Origin: Moniliella sp. 'wahieum'
Lineage: Eukaryota
Direction of reading: 5' to 3'
NCBI GenBank assembly: GCA_003971905.1
Contig: RSEE01000064.1
Coordinates: forward strand, 310,001 to 374,000
DNA: 64,000 nucleotides
In this document: positions 1 to 14,011 of the stretch, one piece after another
Layout of the letters: each line of letters starts with the position of its first letter
Numbering within the stretch: position 1 is the first letter of the stretch
Made by a program: the position numbers and the translations under genes
The notes under the pieces: generated by a model
Databases searched by the model: none
What the model saw: the letters and a program-made list of their open reading frames with translations, nothing else
What the model was told of the DNA's origin: nothing

Positions 1-500
1 CGCATGGTGGTGGCAGGCGGGGTAAGGTGAAACAGACAAAAGCAGAGCCAAGATCCGAGAGCTCATGCTGACCCAAACTAAGCAGCACATCTCTCCCCTG
101 CCACGAGGCGAGCCAGCCAATTGTGGTGTCGGTCTCCCTCGCTCGCATGGAGGTTATGGGGGCCAAGCTGAATCGCCCCCCCAAGCGCCGAGGAGGTCGG
201 AAGGGTGGGACGATGGCTAGTTGGGACGCGGGAGGGCAGCAGCTGGTGCCGGGGGGGCGGATAGGTTTGCCGACAGTGCGCTTGGTGCTGATGACGCTAT
301 GGAGGAGACGGGGAGGGCAGGGGGGCGGCTGTGACGTGGGACGCCGGCGCCTGCCGGCCGGCTGTGCTGACTGTGTCGAGGGCGAGGGAGGGCGGGCGCG
401 GGAGGGGGAGCGGGCGGAGGAGCCGGAAGAGGGCACGGGGAGTGTTGGCGAAGGTGGTACTGCGGAGGAAGGCGAGGGCGTGTGCTGGCTGGCGGAGCAT
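1..500 (-). CDS. Possible 5' end of an unidentified Pro/Ser-rich protein gene running off the left edge
   Basis: ATG at 500 in GCCACCATG context, the same context as the MFS gene start. It is followed by GC-rich Pro/Ser/Ala-coding-like sequence. The frame stops at 297 unless frameshifted. No domain recognised. Confidence 0.25.
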
Positions 501-1512
501 GGTGGCCAGGACGGGATGTGGCTGGGGTGTTGCGCTCAGCTGAGCGGAGGTCGGCTGATGGCAGCAACGAGCACAGGAGTAACTGCGATGCGACTGTACA
601 CTGCGCCCCGCAATCATTAATTACTCCAGCCCGGCAGTGGAGGTGGGGGGTCGCGATCAACTGCAATTCAAAATGGGGTGGGTGTGGGGCAGCCAAAAGT
701 AACTATAGTAAACTAGTAACGGCGCAGCCGCTACACTATGCTTTCCGATTAACACGAATAGCGGCAATCCATCATCATCATAGGCTCCTGCCACCCGTGT
801 TGGGTACGCGATGGGAATGCTGTGATGTGATCGCGGGTGGGTACACTATAGTAACGAGCTGACGGACAGTACACCCACTAAACGCCCGATGAGCGAGAGC
901 CCGGTAAGCCAACTGTGTGCCGCATATTCCCTGCTTTGATTCTCTCCTAAAAATGTTATAGGAGTTTTATGGTTCAGCTACTAAATGGGCCGATTGACGT
1001 TTAGCAGTAGGCGCCAGGTTGGTGAATTGGAACAGACGGAAACGGGAGAACGAAACTACAAGGAAACAGCCGAAGGAGAGCAGATCCCTACGACCGCATC
1101 AGGGAAGAGAGCGAAGCCATTAGTAGGAAGGCGGAAAGCGAGGCCATAGAAGGCAGAAGGCGAGGCCATAAGGCAAAAAGAAGAAAGGCAATAATACGGC
1201 AGGGGACAGCGAGGCCGTGAGAAGAGAGGGAAGCGAGGTCATGCGTCAGAGAGCATAACGGCGAAGCTCAATGACAACAAAGCACAGTGTTGAGAGAAGA
1301 AGAAGAAAAGAAGAGCAAAAGGCAGTTGGAAGGCCACCGTCTTTGCCTTTGAAGTGGGGGAAGGTGGGGAAGAAAACTAACCCAAGGAGGCCAGGCCGGG
1401 ACACAACTGAGTGTATCCGGGGGAAAGAGGGTGGACGATGGATAGGATACACTCGTAACATTCCTTGCAGAACGCTGGATCAGAACGTTGATCGTTTGAT
1501 CCGAACGAACGT

Positions 1513-3558
1513 TCAGGCCGAATCATGCTCAGTATCCATATCGTTCCGGCGCCACGCCCCCTGATTCGCCTGATTCGCCGATTCGCCTGGTTGGCCTGGT
1601 TGGCTTGAGTGCTTGACTGGCCTGTTAGCCTGACTGGCAGAAAGGTAAGGGACAGAGACGATGGCGCCTTGGCTAAAAGTGCCCTGTGTGCTCGGAGGAG
1701 CCATGGCGGGGGAGTAATAGTTGTGCCACTGCTGTGCCTGCGCAGGAGGCTGAACAGAAGAAGATGCTTGAGGCGAAGAGGAAGGCGAGGGGCGCCAAGT
1801 GCCAGTGCCAGATACGGCGTACGAATCGTACTTCGTCGCACTACCATCCCAGCCCTCGACAGGTATTTTCCCCCCGAAGAAGAGGAAGAGACTGGAAGGA
1901 GCAGAAACGAGACCGGTAACCAATCGGGTGGATTTGTTCCCAGCTCCAATGTGGTGTCCGTGTCCAGTGACGTCCGCCGAGAGAGAGTACACGGGCGCAC
2001 TTGAGTGTACCCGCTGCTCGGCCTGGCCTTGCGGGGGATGAGGTCGAACATATGCCGGTGGTGGGAGGCAACAGGGTACGGTGGTGCAGAGATGGAAGAG
2101 GAGAGGAGGCCGACGCCGACGCCGGCGCAGAGGCAGAGAGCAGAGGTAGAGACAGACGTAGAAGCCGAGGCATACGTAGAAGCTGAGCAGACGCTGAGGC
2201 AGCGGAGGAGCCGAGGCAGAAATGGAGGCAGAGGCAAAGGCAGAAGTAGGCTGTGCAAGGAAATATGCGGAGGAACTGCGACGGGCTCATGCTTAGGGCG
2301 GGGAAGACGCGTTGCCAAGTCAGCTCCGACCGAACGGACCACCTCTCACCCCCGCGTGCCATCGGGCAAACACCTCTTGCATCACCGCAATTGCCGTGCC
2401 ATCCCAACAGGCCTTTTTCCCTACCGCCACCAGCTCATCCTCTCTCGCATCTCGGCCGCCGACTTGAGGAGGAACCCAAGATCCTTGTCCGCGCGCTGCG
2501 GGGTGCAACATGCGTCTTGTAATGCTGCAGACTATTGTCTTGACGCGAAAAACGGGCACCACATTTAGGAAAGGTGCAGAGGTACGGTCGTGCATCTGTA
2601 CAGATACAAACACGGTCAGAAACAAGCAAAAAAAAAACAAAGCAAAAATAGACCCAGGCCCAGGTTCCCACACGTACCACGGTGGATGCGGCTGTGACGA
2701 GCGGCATGTCCACTTGTGCTGAACGTCTCGCTGCACACACCACATGGATACCTCTTTTTTCCATCCACCATGATAGGGCAGGGCGGCTGCGGCTGCGGGT
2801 TGTGGTGTTGCGTCGACTGGTGGACGAGTCCGGTACGAGCGCAGCCTCGTTGGCCGGTGAGCGAAGGAGGGGGAGGAGATAACTCAAGTGGTGCAAGGGC
2901 AGTTTCGCCGGGTCAGTGTGGCGCCGGCGCTTAGATCGTGGCTTTAGGAACGGAGCCAGCGCCCGCTCATCCTGCACACTCAGCATGGCGGCGGGCTGGG
3001 CCGGCACACTTGGAACAGGGTGTGCCGGATGAAGTTCGAGTGTAGGAAGGGAGGACATGAGCGGGCGGGAAGTTGGTGGGTCTGCAGGGAGTGCGTAACT
3101 TTGTGTCTCTGCTGGCCAAGAGTTAATGTGGGTGGTTGAATGTGGAACGTTCGCCATTGGGGGCAAAGGGAAAGGTGTAGGCGTCCCAAAACGCGTGGCT
3201 TCATGTTGTGCTCGTCGGGATGCACCATGGGTGGTATGGCTGGCGCAGGCATGGCTTCTGGTGCTTCTGCAGCGGATCGAATTTGGTATGACCCACTAGG
3301 GAAGTACGGACGGTTGGTAACGGAGTACAGATGGGTCGGGCCAGGGGGACTAGGGAAGATCGCTCCCAACTCCGCCGCGGCAGGCCCTACCAAAGGAGTC
3401 GGTAAAGCCCTGAAATTCATCGTGCTGCTCGGTTCAGGGTAGGGGCTTGGACCCGATGCAGGAACGGGGCCTGGGTTGGGGCGGAGAGGAAGTGCGAGAG
3501 GGAATTTAACATCGCGTTCGACGACGCGTTCCCTGGCACCAAGATCGGGACGAGACAT
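1513..3558 (-). CDS. NRG1: Nrg1-type C2H2 zinc-finger transcriptional repressor (frameshifted in this sequence; ends approximate)
   Basis: Splicing intron 2596-2677 (GTACGT..CTGAC..TACAG) gives RYPCGVCSETFSTSGHAARHSRIHRDARPYLCTFPKCGARFSRQDNSLQHYKTH. This matches the Nrg1/Nrg2 finger pair (TSGHxxRH and RFSRxDN). Flanking low-complexity ORFs 2980-3558, 2435-3166, 1377-2342 and 1513-1992 are probably frameshifted parts of the same gene. Confidence 0.75.
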
Positions 3559-6500
3559 GCAGGGTGGGTGGTGGAAGCAGTTCTGGACTGAAAGATCCTA
3601 GCAGTTGCGAAGGCGAAAATGCAGCGGAACAGTCGTCCATCAAGCAGGTCAGCAGACCAGATCAGAAGAAGCGCAGACAGGGTCCGCATAGTTCAGACGA
3701 TATCCAAGATAGCAAGAATGGCATCCCACGGTAGACGGCCAGTGATATAGCCGATAGACGGGCAAAGAGCAGCAAACAAAACAAAGAGAGTATGTCAGCA
3801 TCCAACATTCGTATTCACGCTCCACGTCAAGTCATCACAAGCGATTAGGTGTTTGCTTCGGCCATAATGGTGTGACCGACCGGAATCCTCCGCCTGAGGC
3901 CTGAAGGCCCCACGTGCCTGACGCCTCCCACCCTTGCATCATCCAGCCAGCCTGACACTCAGCTCAGTTGAGGCCCTGAGGCCTGGGGGCCGATCGACGC
4001 TCTCCACAGCACACCTCCGTCCGTGAAGGATATGTTTGCATCCGAACGCCTTGGCTGCGCGACGCCAACTTCACCAGCGCAGGTCACCGTTTTCGGGACC
4101 ACGGGACGACAATAGAAGCACAAAGCCAGATGCTCACCGCCTGTCACATGGGACCTGGCTCATATCACGCGGAGCACGTCTGTGACTCGTTCGAACGATG
4201 CGATCGACGCGATTGAAATGCTTGTCCGCGTTGCCATGTATGCCATGCACCATGCACCATGCATACCGTGGGTCACGGTCATGTCCAGCTTCAACGGTTC
4301 AAGCTTCAGGCCTCAGGCTCTCCAACATTCGGCGTTCATTGCCAGCAGGCCGTTCATCCAGGAACGATGGGCTCTCGTGCCGGCGTGACCGTGGCTGTGA
4401 TCGTGACCATGCCTGTGACGGCGTGAGCGTGACCATGACGGGGACGGGGGCACGCGACAGGACGAGGGGCCAAAAGAAGGCAACCTAACCCAGCTCAAGC
4501 GGGATGCATTCATCCCAGGTCCATGCCAAGGTGATGGTAATGGTAGATGATCGATAAAGCTTGAAGGCTTGGAGGAGTGGCCAGTGGGAAGGGCGTGAAG
4601 CTTGGAGAGTGAGTGGGAAGCGATCGGAGCTGGTTGGACGTTGGGAACTGCGAGCGTAAAATTCAACCCGCCCCTCCACCTCGATCAGTGATCCAGACAT
4701 CACCGGTCACATTCACATACGGTGAGGGCTCTGCGGAGTGGTTGTTGTGCATGGCGCAGGACAAGGTCATCAAGCGACTGGACCCAGTGACTAGTGGAGA
4801 TGATCGATGTGTAGTGACTTAGTGACTAGTGACTCAATGGCTTGTCACGTTGTGTTCGGTGTGCTTTGCGCTGTTGTGTTGTGGGATACGCGCTACGCAC
4901 CGATACGCAAGAGTGCGCGGGAGAGCGAGGCACGGGCGGGAACAAGAAGAGACCCAGCACACGGGCCGAACAAGCTTTGGGCATTGCAGCTGGCAATAAG
5001 GAATTGGCGCAGGGCAGAGGCGAAAGTGGCCGCGGACGGCAGCGGGTGGAATGGGCCTGGGTAGGGGATGGGATGGGATGGGACGGAGGGGGAGGGAGGC
5101 AAAAGCAGCTATACTGCTGGAATGTCACACGCACCTGAAAGACAGACGTTGGGTGATGTTTTGAGACGGCGCGTACCACGGGACACGGCACTGTGTCACC
5201 CCCGTAGCACGTGCCGATATGAATTGGTGTTGATGTATGTTGATGTTGACGCTGACGCCTGCAGAGTGGAAGCACCGAACGGCAGCCAACAGGTGTGGAA
5301 TGGGGACGCGTTGAGATGGAGCAGGAAGGATGGAAACGGAGTGGTGGCTAGAGAAGGTGGAGGAGCAGGGGATGATGATGAAAAAATAGAAAAGTAGGAG
5401 GAGGGGGATCATCTCGATCATCAGGGCTATAGCGGAGCATTAGCCGAGAAAAGAAGCACGCATCGTCGATGGGCGACGCACGATGCATGGGCAATGTATG
5501 GGCGATGCATGGGCGATGAGCGTGTGCGCCGGCCAGGGCCTGGACCGAGACCCGACAGAAGAGGAATCGGAGATGGCGCGATGGCGATGGATTGAATGCC
5601 GAGTACGTACATACCCTGACGTGTCCCCGATATATGGATGGATGGACGGATGGCCCACTGGAATGATGGATGGGTGGATGGAGGGATGGATGGATGAATG
5701 AGTGCAAGATGCGTTGACATGGTGACCGGTGACAGGTGACACGGGGTCTGTGACAGGTGATGTGCACACGTGATACCGGTGACCGTCCGATCAGGCAGCA
5801 CATGCGTTCGATGATCACTCGATCACCAGATCACAGACCCCTGCCGACGCAGGGTACGCGGGAGCAGACGAAGCGTAACGCGTAAGTACAAACAGTAGGT
5901 ACCACCGCGGATCTATTGTCCGACAGCGCAAAGCGCGCTTGGCAGCGGAGGCTGGGTGGCAGCGAATGGCAAGCCAGTGGGATCTAGGGGATCTAGGGGA
6001 TCTAGGGGATCTAGGGCAGGGCATAGGACAGGGTAGGTGGCCACGCGTGTGGCTGGCGGCCGCAGCCATCAGACATCAGACGTCTGCTGCCGTGGATATA
6101 CGTCCAGCGGGCCGAATGGATGATCCGATGAAGAGTTCATACGTTCATGGCCATCGACCATCGCTGATGTCCAGGCCCCCGTCCACACGGGTCCATCGGT
6201 GGGAAAAGGGTGGCGGCAGTGTCGCGGCGCAAAAAAGGCAAAAGTATTCCGAGTACTCTTCAATAACTGTTGAGTAGCCAAACACTACTCGTACTCACTA
6301 TTAGCTCATTACTCTTCTCTTCAAGCTCTCCACTCACACTTCGGCTGCACCACTGCCGCTGCCGCTGCCGCCCGCTGCCGCCCCCCGAGCATCTGGACGT
6401 CACGCGTCACATTGCACGTCACGACGTGTCACAGTGGTATCTGGTGTAAGCATGTAAGGCCTAATGCGTAACGTCTAAAAAGTCTGTAACCAGAAGGAAG

Positions 6501-9106
6501 CAGTAACCACTGCCGCACCTAGTAACCTAGTAACTAACACCCAGGCCTTGTCCCGTTGCCTTGCCTTTTACCAATTACTGGTGGTTACCTTGCCAGCCCT
6601 TGGCGCCTTCCCCCAGCCCATGCAAAAAGTTCAGATCTCAGAGCAACATCAGCAAGGGAACTAAGACCCAAATGATTGGGTTGAACTTAGTTGGTACACG
6701 TTATGAGCACGGTTGTGAGCACATACCTTGAATCATTAACCAAGCTTAAAGCTCTTGAAGGAGCTCCTCTGAAGTACGGGATGACAGCGTTAAGGTTCTG
6801 AGGCCTCCGTCAGATCTCAGATGCCTGAAAAATCTTCTGCAAGCCTGGCACCCTGAGGCTTGAGGGTCTGAGGGGTCTGATGTTCGAGTGCTCCCTTCCA
6901 TTGGGAACAGGCATCTAACAGGGATCCTATACGCGATCCACTTCGGAGCACTGCGCCTTGATGAATTAAGACAGGCGTGAATATAATGCGGGTAAAGCTC
7001 TCGGCGAAAAGCGGCGGGAATGCACAAAAAGGATTGAAGCCCACGTGTGATTAACGTGTGGATAAATTGTTATGAGCGACATGGTCTCTCGTTTGAGTTC
7101 CAACTGCGCCCCCCCCACCTCGTCTCGCTCGACCGGTAGAGGGCGACCAAATTCACACAAAAAGCATTGGCCGTATTTACTTTTCGCGCGACGAGAGCAG
7201 GTAAATAAGTATATCCGCACTGAGATGAAAGGGACGCAACGAAACGCGGGGTATTGCCTTGCGTTACCTTATAAGAGTGGGCAATGCACACCAATGATAA
7301 TGAACCAAGTGCTGTTTTACAGATGAGTTTTGGCCGCAAGTGCAACTGTGAATGAGCCGCCTGTGACAACAACAACAACAACAACAACAAGCTCGAAACG
7401 CAGCGGTAGGACAAACAACCCTTTGATAGTGTATCAGGTAAACTGGGCCCAGCAATCCGTTGGATGGATACATAATAAGCTATGGAGATGGAACCTCTTT
7501 ACCTTGAACAAACACTCCACAGAAGACGAATGAGATCTGAGATCATCAGTATTATTATGTGCATTGAAAGGAACATGTGCCCACAGGACGTCCATCTCTC
7601 TGGACCGACGTGAACGAGACTACATCTCTTGCTTGAGCTGTGACAGATCGTAACACGTACCATTGACACCCTCTGACCTCACATACTCCGCCGGCATCAA
7701 CAAAACTACTAAAAGTACCTGGAAGTAACGCTCTGCTCCCAAACCGCCGTCACATTGCCCTTCCCCGTATATATACTCTTCCGATCCCACCCACACAGCT
7801 GCAGCAGAGTGGCATATCTAGCCCCCAATGCTGGGTCCCATGGACCCAACTACTAGCCTCCAGACATGTGATCGACCATCCTTCAAGCTTCATCATGCAT
7901 CCTTATCCATGCAGCCCAATACATCCGTCACGCGCGTCACTTAACCCGCGGCTGTGCTTAGATTCAAGCTTCAAGCTTCAAGCTTCCGCGTGAGAATATG
8001 GTCACAGAGGTCACAGGCACACACTGAAGCTTGAAGCTTGGAGAGGCAAGACGCATCTGGCCTGTTGTGGCCAGAGCGTGGTACCGAGGGATCCACACGG
8101 CGCACCACGGCTTGAGGCGTTGAACGTTGATTGTTGATTCCTGAAGCCCAGGCCTGAGGTGAAATGGTGCGGGTCCATGGATCATGCAGATCATGCTCAT
8201 GCCATGCACGGAATGTACAACATTCCCCGTCGATGAATGATTAATGACTGTGCTGGGTCGGAGTGTGTTGGTCTCTGGATCGGCTTTTGTTGCCATCACA
8301 GAACCATGATGAACGTATTTCAGCCTGAGGCCTGAGGAGACCTCATCGGAGAGGTGCAGCTGGGCAGCTGGGCAGATGGCTATAGCGTTGGGGCTTACGT
8401 CCTGTCTCCTCACCGTTGTAGTTCAACTGGGTCAACCTTCAACGACGGTCCTGAGGCTGAGGCGTCCTAGGAAACCGTATAGCCGGAACCCATAGGAAAC
8501 TATATCGTAGCAATCCATAGGAAACTGGTTCGTAGCAAAACCCCCCCATAGGAACCCATCCCTATATGATAGGACCCGCACATGTAATACCTCAGTCGGC
8601 GCGTCACGCGTCACGTGTCACCGGTCGGGCCTCAGGCCGGCTGATGCGCTATCGAGGACATACTGGAACGCGTTCCGCCTGAGTTCCGCCCCTACCTTGT
8701 TTGTACCTCTAGGCGGGGCTCTAGTTGATTGGATGAGCACCATTGCGAGATACGGAATCTGACCTGCCTTGCTCGCCTGCCACAATACAAATACGTGTGC
8801 GACTACCATCCTAAGGCCTAGTGCACCCCACGGCAACCCACGGTAACCCACTGCCACCACCCAGGTTTTTGCTTTAGTAGTAGTAGTAAGTAGTAGTAAG
8901 TAGAAGTCGTAGTGCTTGCATCGTAATACGGCCCTGTGGACGACGGGCTGTGGCACATATCACACTGTTTGCCACATCAAGGCATCAAGCTGCACGCCGT
9001 TGGCTCCATCCTTAGGACGTAAGGCTTCGTACGCATACCAGCCCCCCCCCCACAAGTTGCTCGTCAGCGCCGTCGTGTGCGGCCGCGGCCCTTCTGCCAA
9101 GCGAAT

Positions 9107-9155
9107 CCAGTACCCCAGTACCCAGTACCCCAGTACCCCAGTACCCAGTACCCAG
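9107..9155 (+). repeat. Tandem (C)CCAGTAC repeat, about 6 copies
   Basis: ccagtaccccagtacccagtaccccagtaccccagtacccagtacccag. Confidence 0.9.
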
Positions 9156-9520
9156 CCCCCGCACCCAACAGTCCCATCCTAGCACCATACCAGCACTCTA
9201 GCAAGCCATTACGATCCGACCGGAGGGTTACAGACGAGGCCCCTCGCCCACTGGGTGGGAAAGCGATGTATGAAAGAGACGAGGCACGAGGCACGAGAGA
9301 CCAGAGACCAGAGACGAGAGAGGGAAGAGGGGTGAGGAAGGACGAGGGGGGGGGGGGGGGAAAGGGGGAGGAAAAACGTCCCCCGCGGAAGTATCGTGAT
9401 CCTGTGATCCAGAGAGGTGATCGAGAGAAGTGATCGAGAGGGGTCGAGGCCATCTTCGCAAGCTTGAAGCGAGACGCTGGTAGTCTAGAAGTAACAAGGA
9501 ACAAGGTAAGAAGCAAGAAG

Positions 9521-12008
9521 CTAGGTCGGTAGTCGGTAGTCGTAGTGGCTAGGTAGGTAGCTAGTGCTGTTAAGTCGACGTCGTAGCCACAGGTACGGCA
9601 CGACTTGGCTTGGCCGTCGTGCGCTGCGCAAGGAACGCGAGGTCCAGTGAGAAAGCCTGTGAGTCCGCCGGGGTGGTCGGGTTCGAGGTCGAGTTTGGGG
9701 TCGGGTGGGAGGAGGGGGGGTAGGGTAGATGTGGCCGTGGGTGCCGGTCCTGACGTCGGCCTGAGGTCGGTCCAGAGGTTGGTGAAGGTGCAGGTGCAGG
9801 TGCAGAGCAGGTGCAGGTGCAGAAGCAGGTGCAGGTGCAGATGGCACTTTGGAATCAAACATGGACCCGCCGACCAAGGAGCGCAGGAGCGCATCCGTCT
9901 CTGTGTCCTCGGCCGTGACCGAGGGTTGGACTGAGAGTGGGAGCGGGACTGGGACTGGGATTGGGATTGGACTGGGATTGGGAGTTAGATTGGGATTGGG
10001 AGTGAGATGCGGCCGAGCTGGTGGAATCAACGAGGACCGGAAGAAAGGGGGCTATCGTCGGTTTAGGAACCTGTGCGCCGGATTGTTGTGGTGAGCTCGT
10101 GACTGGGAAGCGGAAGTGTAGCTGACGCAGAAGAAAACCGAGCCTGATCCCGACCCTGACGCGAAAGTGATCCGGCAACGAAACCGATCCGGAAGTTGGA
10201 CTGATCCTGGCACGGTCCAGCAGCATCGAAGAGTGCGCGCCAGTGCCACTTCTTGGTCCGAAGGCGGACGCGGGGTAACTGATAGCGATAGACTGTCCCT
10301 TTAAGCCTTGCGGGGGTCATCGTCCGCTTCCTGGTAAGTGGGGCAGGTGAGGAGGGGGTGGGGGAACGGAGATGAAGCACCATCGGCATGAACTTGGGCC
10401 AGAGCAAGAGGGTTGAGCCCGCTCAAGTAAAAAACATCCCTGGCGGTACGGGTAGAGGGTATCCATTCCCGTTCCCATTAGGATTCCCATTAGGATTCCA
10501 TTAGGATTTCCATTAGGATTCCCATTGGCCGTGGCATTGGGCTGTGGTGCAGGGGCGGGTGTTGTTGGTGAGCCTGTGCGGGGGGAGCCTCCTCGGGTCG
10601 AAGCGCGGTCATACTCATGGGACCAAGGGACGCGGGGGAGCGGCGAGAGAGGGAGGGGGAACCAGTCCGACTAGCTGGCCGACTGGCCGGGCGAGAGGTA
10701 GGACGGGAAAGGGTCGATGTACCGCCGACTTGATGGCCCGAAGCAGGATGGGCATGGGGTGCGGTCCTTAGCGCGCTGTCCTGCCGAGCTAGAGGAACGG
10801 GAGGAGTGAGTGGAATGGTGTGCGTGGGCACCGTGGTGGTGAGCATGTCCTACGTGGTGCGTAGCCGATTGAAGCACACCCTGTTGCTTGTTGCTCGTTG
10901 ACAGACGACCAGAACGGTACATGTCTTGAGCTTCCTCGCTCAACGTCCACCAGGATCCTTTGCCAGCGGCCGAGGCAGGCCGAGGCACCTTGATAAACAA
11001 GTTGCTCTTGATTGACAAGGTCGACTTGATCCGATTCTTAAACGCGGGCCTATGCGTTCAGTCCGATCCGGTTAGCTACTCTTTTTCCGAGCCAAAGTGG
11101 GAGAAAAACAACAAAAAACAAAAACAAACAAAAGGGAAAAGGAAAAGGAATAGGAAAAGGGAAAACTCACCTCCCAATCCTTGCCGTTGGCCCACTCATG
11201 AATCTCGGGGAATTTTTGGCACATGCCATGGAACAGATCCTGGATCACCAACCGGCGCTGTGGGGACTCGGCAATGGTAGCACAGATCATGTCGGACCAA
11301 ATCAAGCGCTTGCCATTGACGTAAAAGGGGAGGAGGCGGGGTCCGTGACCATGGGAAGGGTGCGGAGGGCCGGCAGCGCCAGGAAGGCCCGCGCCGGGAA
11401 GGCCAGCGCCGGGAAGGCCAGCAGGAGGCAGACCAGCGGGAGGCAAGCCAGCAGGCAAGCCAGCGGCGCCGAGTTGGGAAAAAGCAGCGGCGGGGTCAAA
11501 CGATCCAAGGCCAAGACCTGGGGTGGAGTAGCCTGTGCGAACGAGGCCTCGTGCGCCTGCTCCTCCGGGACTGCTGGCGCCCGAAGCGGGAGCAGAGGGA
11601 GCAAGGGGCGTGGCACTGGTGGAGACCATGGGGCGGGAAGCAAAGGGCATGCCACCGGTGGCGGCGAAGCGGGCGAGCTGGTCGTTGAGGTAAGCGAGAG
11701 AGGCATTGGTGGTAGCGGTAGCGGCCATGTTGGGGGCCGGGTGGAGGAGGCCGGGGTTGGTGCGCATCTGGACGGAGGGGCCTGGTGGGCGCAGCAAAGA
11801 AAGGGTGGAGGGAAGGGAGGGAGGCGGGGGCGGAGGCGGTGCGGGCGGCGGCGGGGCGAGGCCAGGGACAGGGAGGAAGGCAGGGGCGGAGAAGGTGGGG
11901 GCGGGGGCCGGTGGGCCGCTGGCAGGAGCGGCAGGGAAGCCATGGGCGCTCTTGCTCGAGGGTGGGGACGGGCAGCTGGAGCGGCAGGAAGGGGGCCTGG
12001 GTGTTCAT
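9521..12008 (-). CDS. Forkhead (winged-helix) transcription factor (frameshifted; 3' end approximate)
   Basis: Splicing intron 11050-11170 (GTGAGT..GCTAAC..TAG) gives RLIWSDMICATIAESPQRRLVIQDLFHGMCQKFPEIHEWANGKDWE/ARVKNRIKSTLSIKSNLFIKVPRPASAAGKGSWWTL. This is a divergent forkhead domain with the GKGSWW wing motif. Candidate ATG at 12008 in GCCGCCATG. The C-terminal region is low complexity. Confidence 0.8.
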
Positions 12009-13950
12009 GGCGGCAGGCGCTCCGAGGGTGGAGGTGGGGGTGGAGGCGGTGTGGCGGTGGCGGTGGAGGCGGTGTGGCGGTGGCGGTGGAGGCGGAGGGA
12101 GCAGCAGGCACAGCGAGGGCAGGCGAGGGACGTGTGGCGTCGCACGGAGGCTCGGCGAAACAAAACAAGGGGGGCGGCGGCGGGAGAAGCGAAGGGGGCG
12201 GCGAGCGTCAGGCGTCAAGCGTCACGCGTCACGGAAGGCTCACGCGTCACGCGTCGGCCTTCCAAGTGGCGGAGGGGCGTGGCGCCGCTGACGGAGCAGT
12301 GCGCTGCCGTGCCCGTGCACAACACCGCCCCCGGGTGCCTGCCCCCAGCCAGCAGTGACCTAGTGACCGGTGACTGTCCCACCGCTGACGGCGTGCTGTC
12401 AGCCGCTGCGCGCACACTGCCCCTGCGCTTCAGGAACGGCTGCCCAGCACGCGTGCACGGCGGCAGTGTCTGGTTCGCCGCGGCGGGCTGCTCGGCCGCC
12501 GAATTAAGGCCGCAGCGTCCGGCCACTGTCCTGCGCTGGGCCGTGGGCGGGAGTGGGTCTTGGACAGTGGGCCGTGGGTACTGGATTCTGGATCCTGGAC
12601 CATCGACCATGGGATGCTAGTTGCTGGGTGCTGGATACTTGATACTTGATACTTGATCCCCCTCGCTGCCTGCCGAGTGGCTCCGCTGCTGTGCCACGGC
12701 GTGCGCCCCCCCTTGTCCATGTCAGCGGCTGCCACGCCCTGCCCCTCCTTTCTTCCCCAGCGCAGCAGGACGCACTAGGGTTGGGAGCGCCGCCTGCTGC
12801 GCCCGTGTGGGCTCAGGCCAAGCGCTGAGGCACGCGTGACGCCCCAGGCGCTCCGAGTGTGTTGGGGATGCGGCGGCTGGGGCTCGGCGCTCGCCCAGCG
12901 CCAGTGGCTCATTAATCATTAGTTGTCCCAAACCTTCCCAACCCATCGCACCCTGTCTGGTCCGCCTCGGGCGCTGCGATGCTGGTGCGGCGGCCTGCCA
13001 CTGCCACTGCCTGCCCGCCTGCCCCCGCCGCCCCGATCCCAGCTCGCCCGAATCTGCTCCGGCGCGCCGCGCTCCCCAGCCCAGCACTTAGCCCAGCTCA
13101 GCCCCCCCTATCCCACCCGCACCAGCTGCTCTGCTCTTCCTCTGCTCACGCCTCAGGCTTAGGCCGCACCGTGCGGCCGCACCCCTCACCGCTCTCCCCC
13201 CTTTCTCGCTGTGTCCCCCTGTGTCGCTCACTCGTGCTGGCACTGCGAATAGCACGCTCTTCGGCCCCTGCCTGCTGCACCCACCCGCATCCGATATGCC
13301 GCTGGCGCTTCCGATCTTCGGTACTCGATACTCGATACTCCTCGATACCCCAGCCCTCCATATGTTGTGCAACGTTTAGCGGACACCATATGCTACCAGC
13401 TCCCGCGCTTCAGCGTTGCGGCTCCCGAGTTCGCTTCACGGTTTAGCCGTTCCGGCGTTGAACGGTACGCGGTACGCGGTACCGGTCCGTTGAACCTTAC
13501 GTTGGAACTTAATTGAGGCCAGCAGCGAATACGTATGTACGACTCAGTCCGCACGATATAGGATGCTCTTCCTCAGCGCCTTGGGCCTTAAGCTTTAGCC
13601 CTCAGTAACTAGTAATACCTCAGTACCTCAGTCCTAGTACTCAGTTCAACGTTCGGTAGCACGCAAGCACATGTCCATGGGCATGTCCACGCGCATACTC
13701 ATGCAGCTTGTCCGTCCCCATAGGAACCGTGGAGCCGACGACAGGGAGAACGGCCACACGACCACAGCGAGAAGAGAGTGTTGTGCAGTATGTCATGCAT
13801 GACAGAGGACATACACTGTGCGATGACGATGACGATGGCGATGACGATGACGATGACAGGTCGTCGATGTTCCATCTTCCCGCCCCTAAGGCCTAAAGCG
13901 AAAAGCGCGCACCAGCGTTCCCGACACCTAGTACTAAGAACAACGGCATC

Positions 13951-14011
13951 AAGCTTCAAGCTCCAAGCTTCAAGCTTCAAGCTCCAAGCTTCAAGCTCCA
14001 AGCTTCAAGCT
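13951..14011 (+). repeat. Tandem 7-mer AAGCT(T/C)C array, 8 full units
   Basis: aagcttc aagctcc aagcttc aagcttc aagctcc aagcttc aagctcc aagcttc aagct. Confidence 0.95.

Noticed and set aside
11198..12620. Long + strand ORFs (386 aa, 304 aa)
   Set aside because: They are antisense shadows of the GC-rich forkhead gene, with Gly/Arg low-complexity sequence and no domain.
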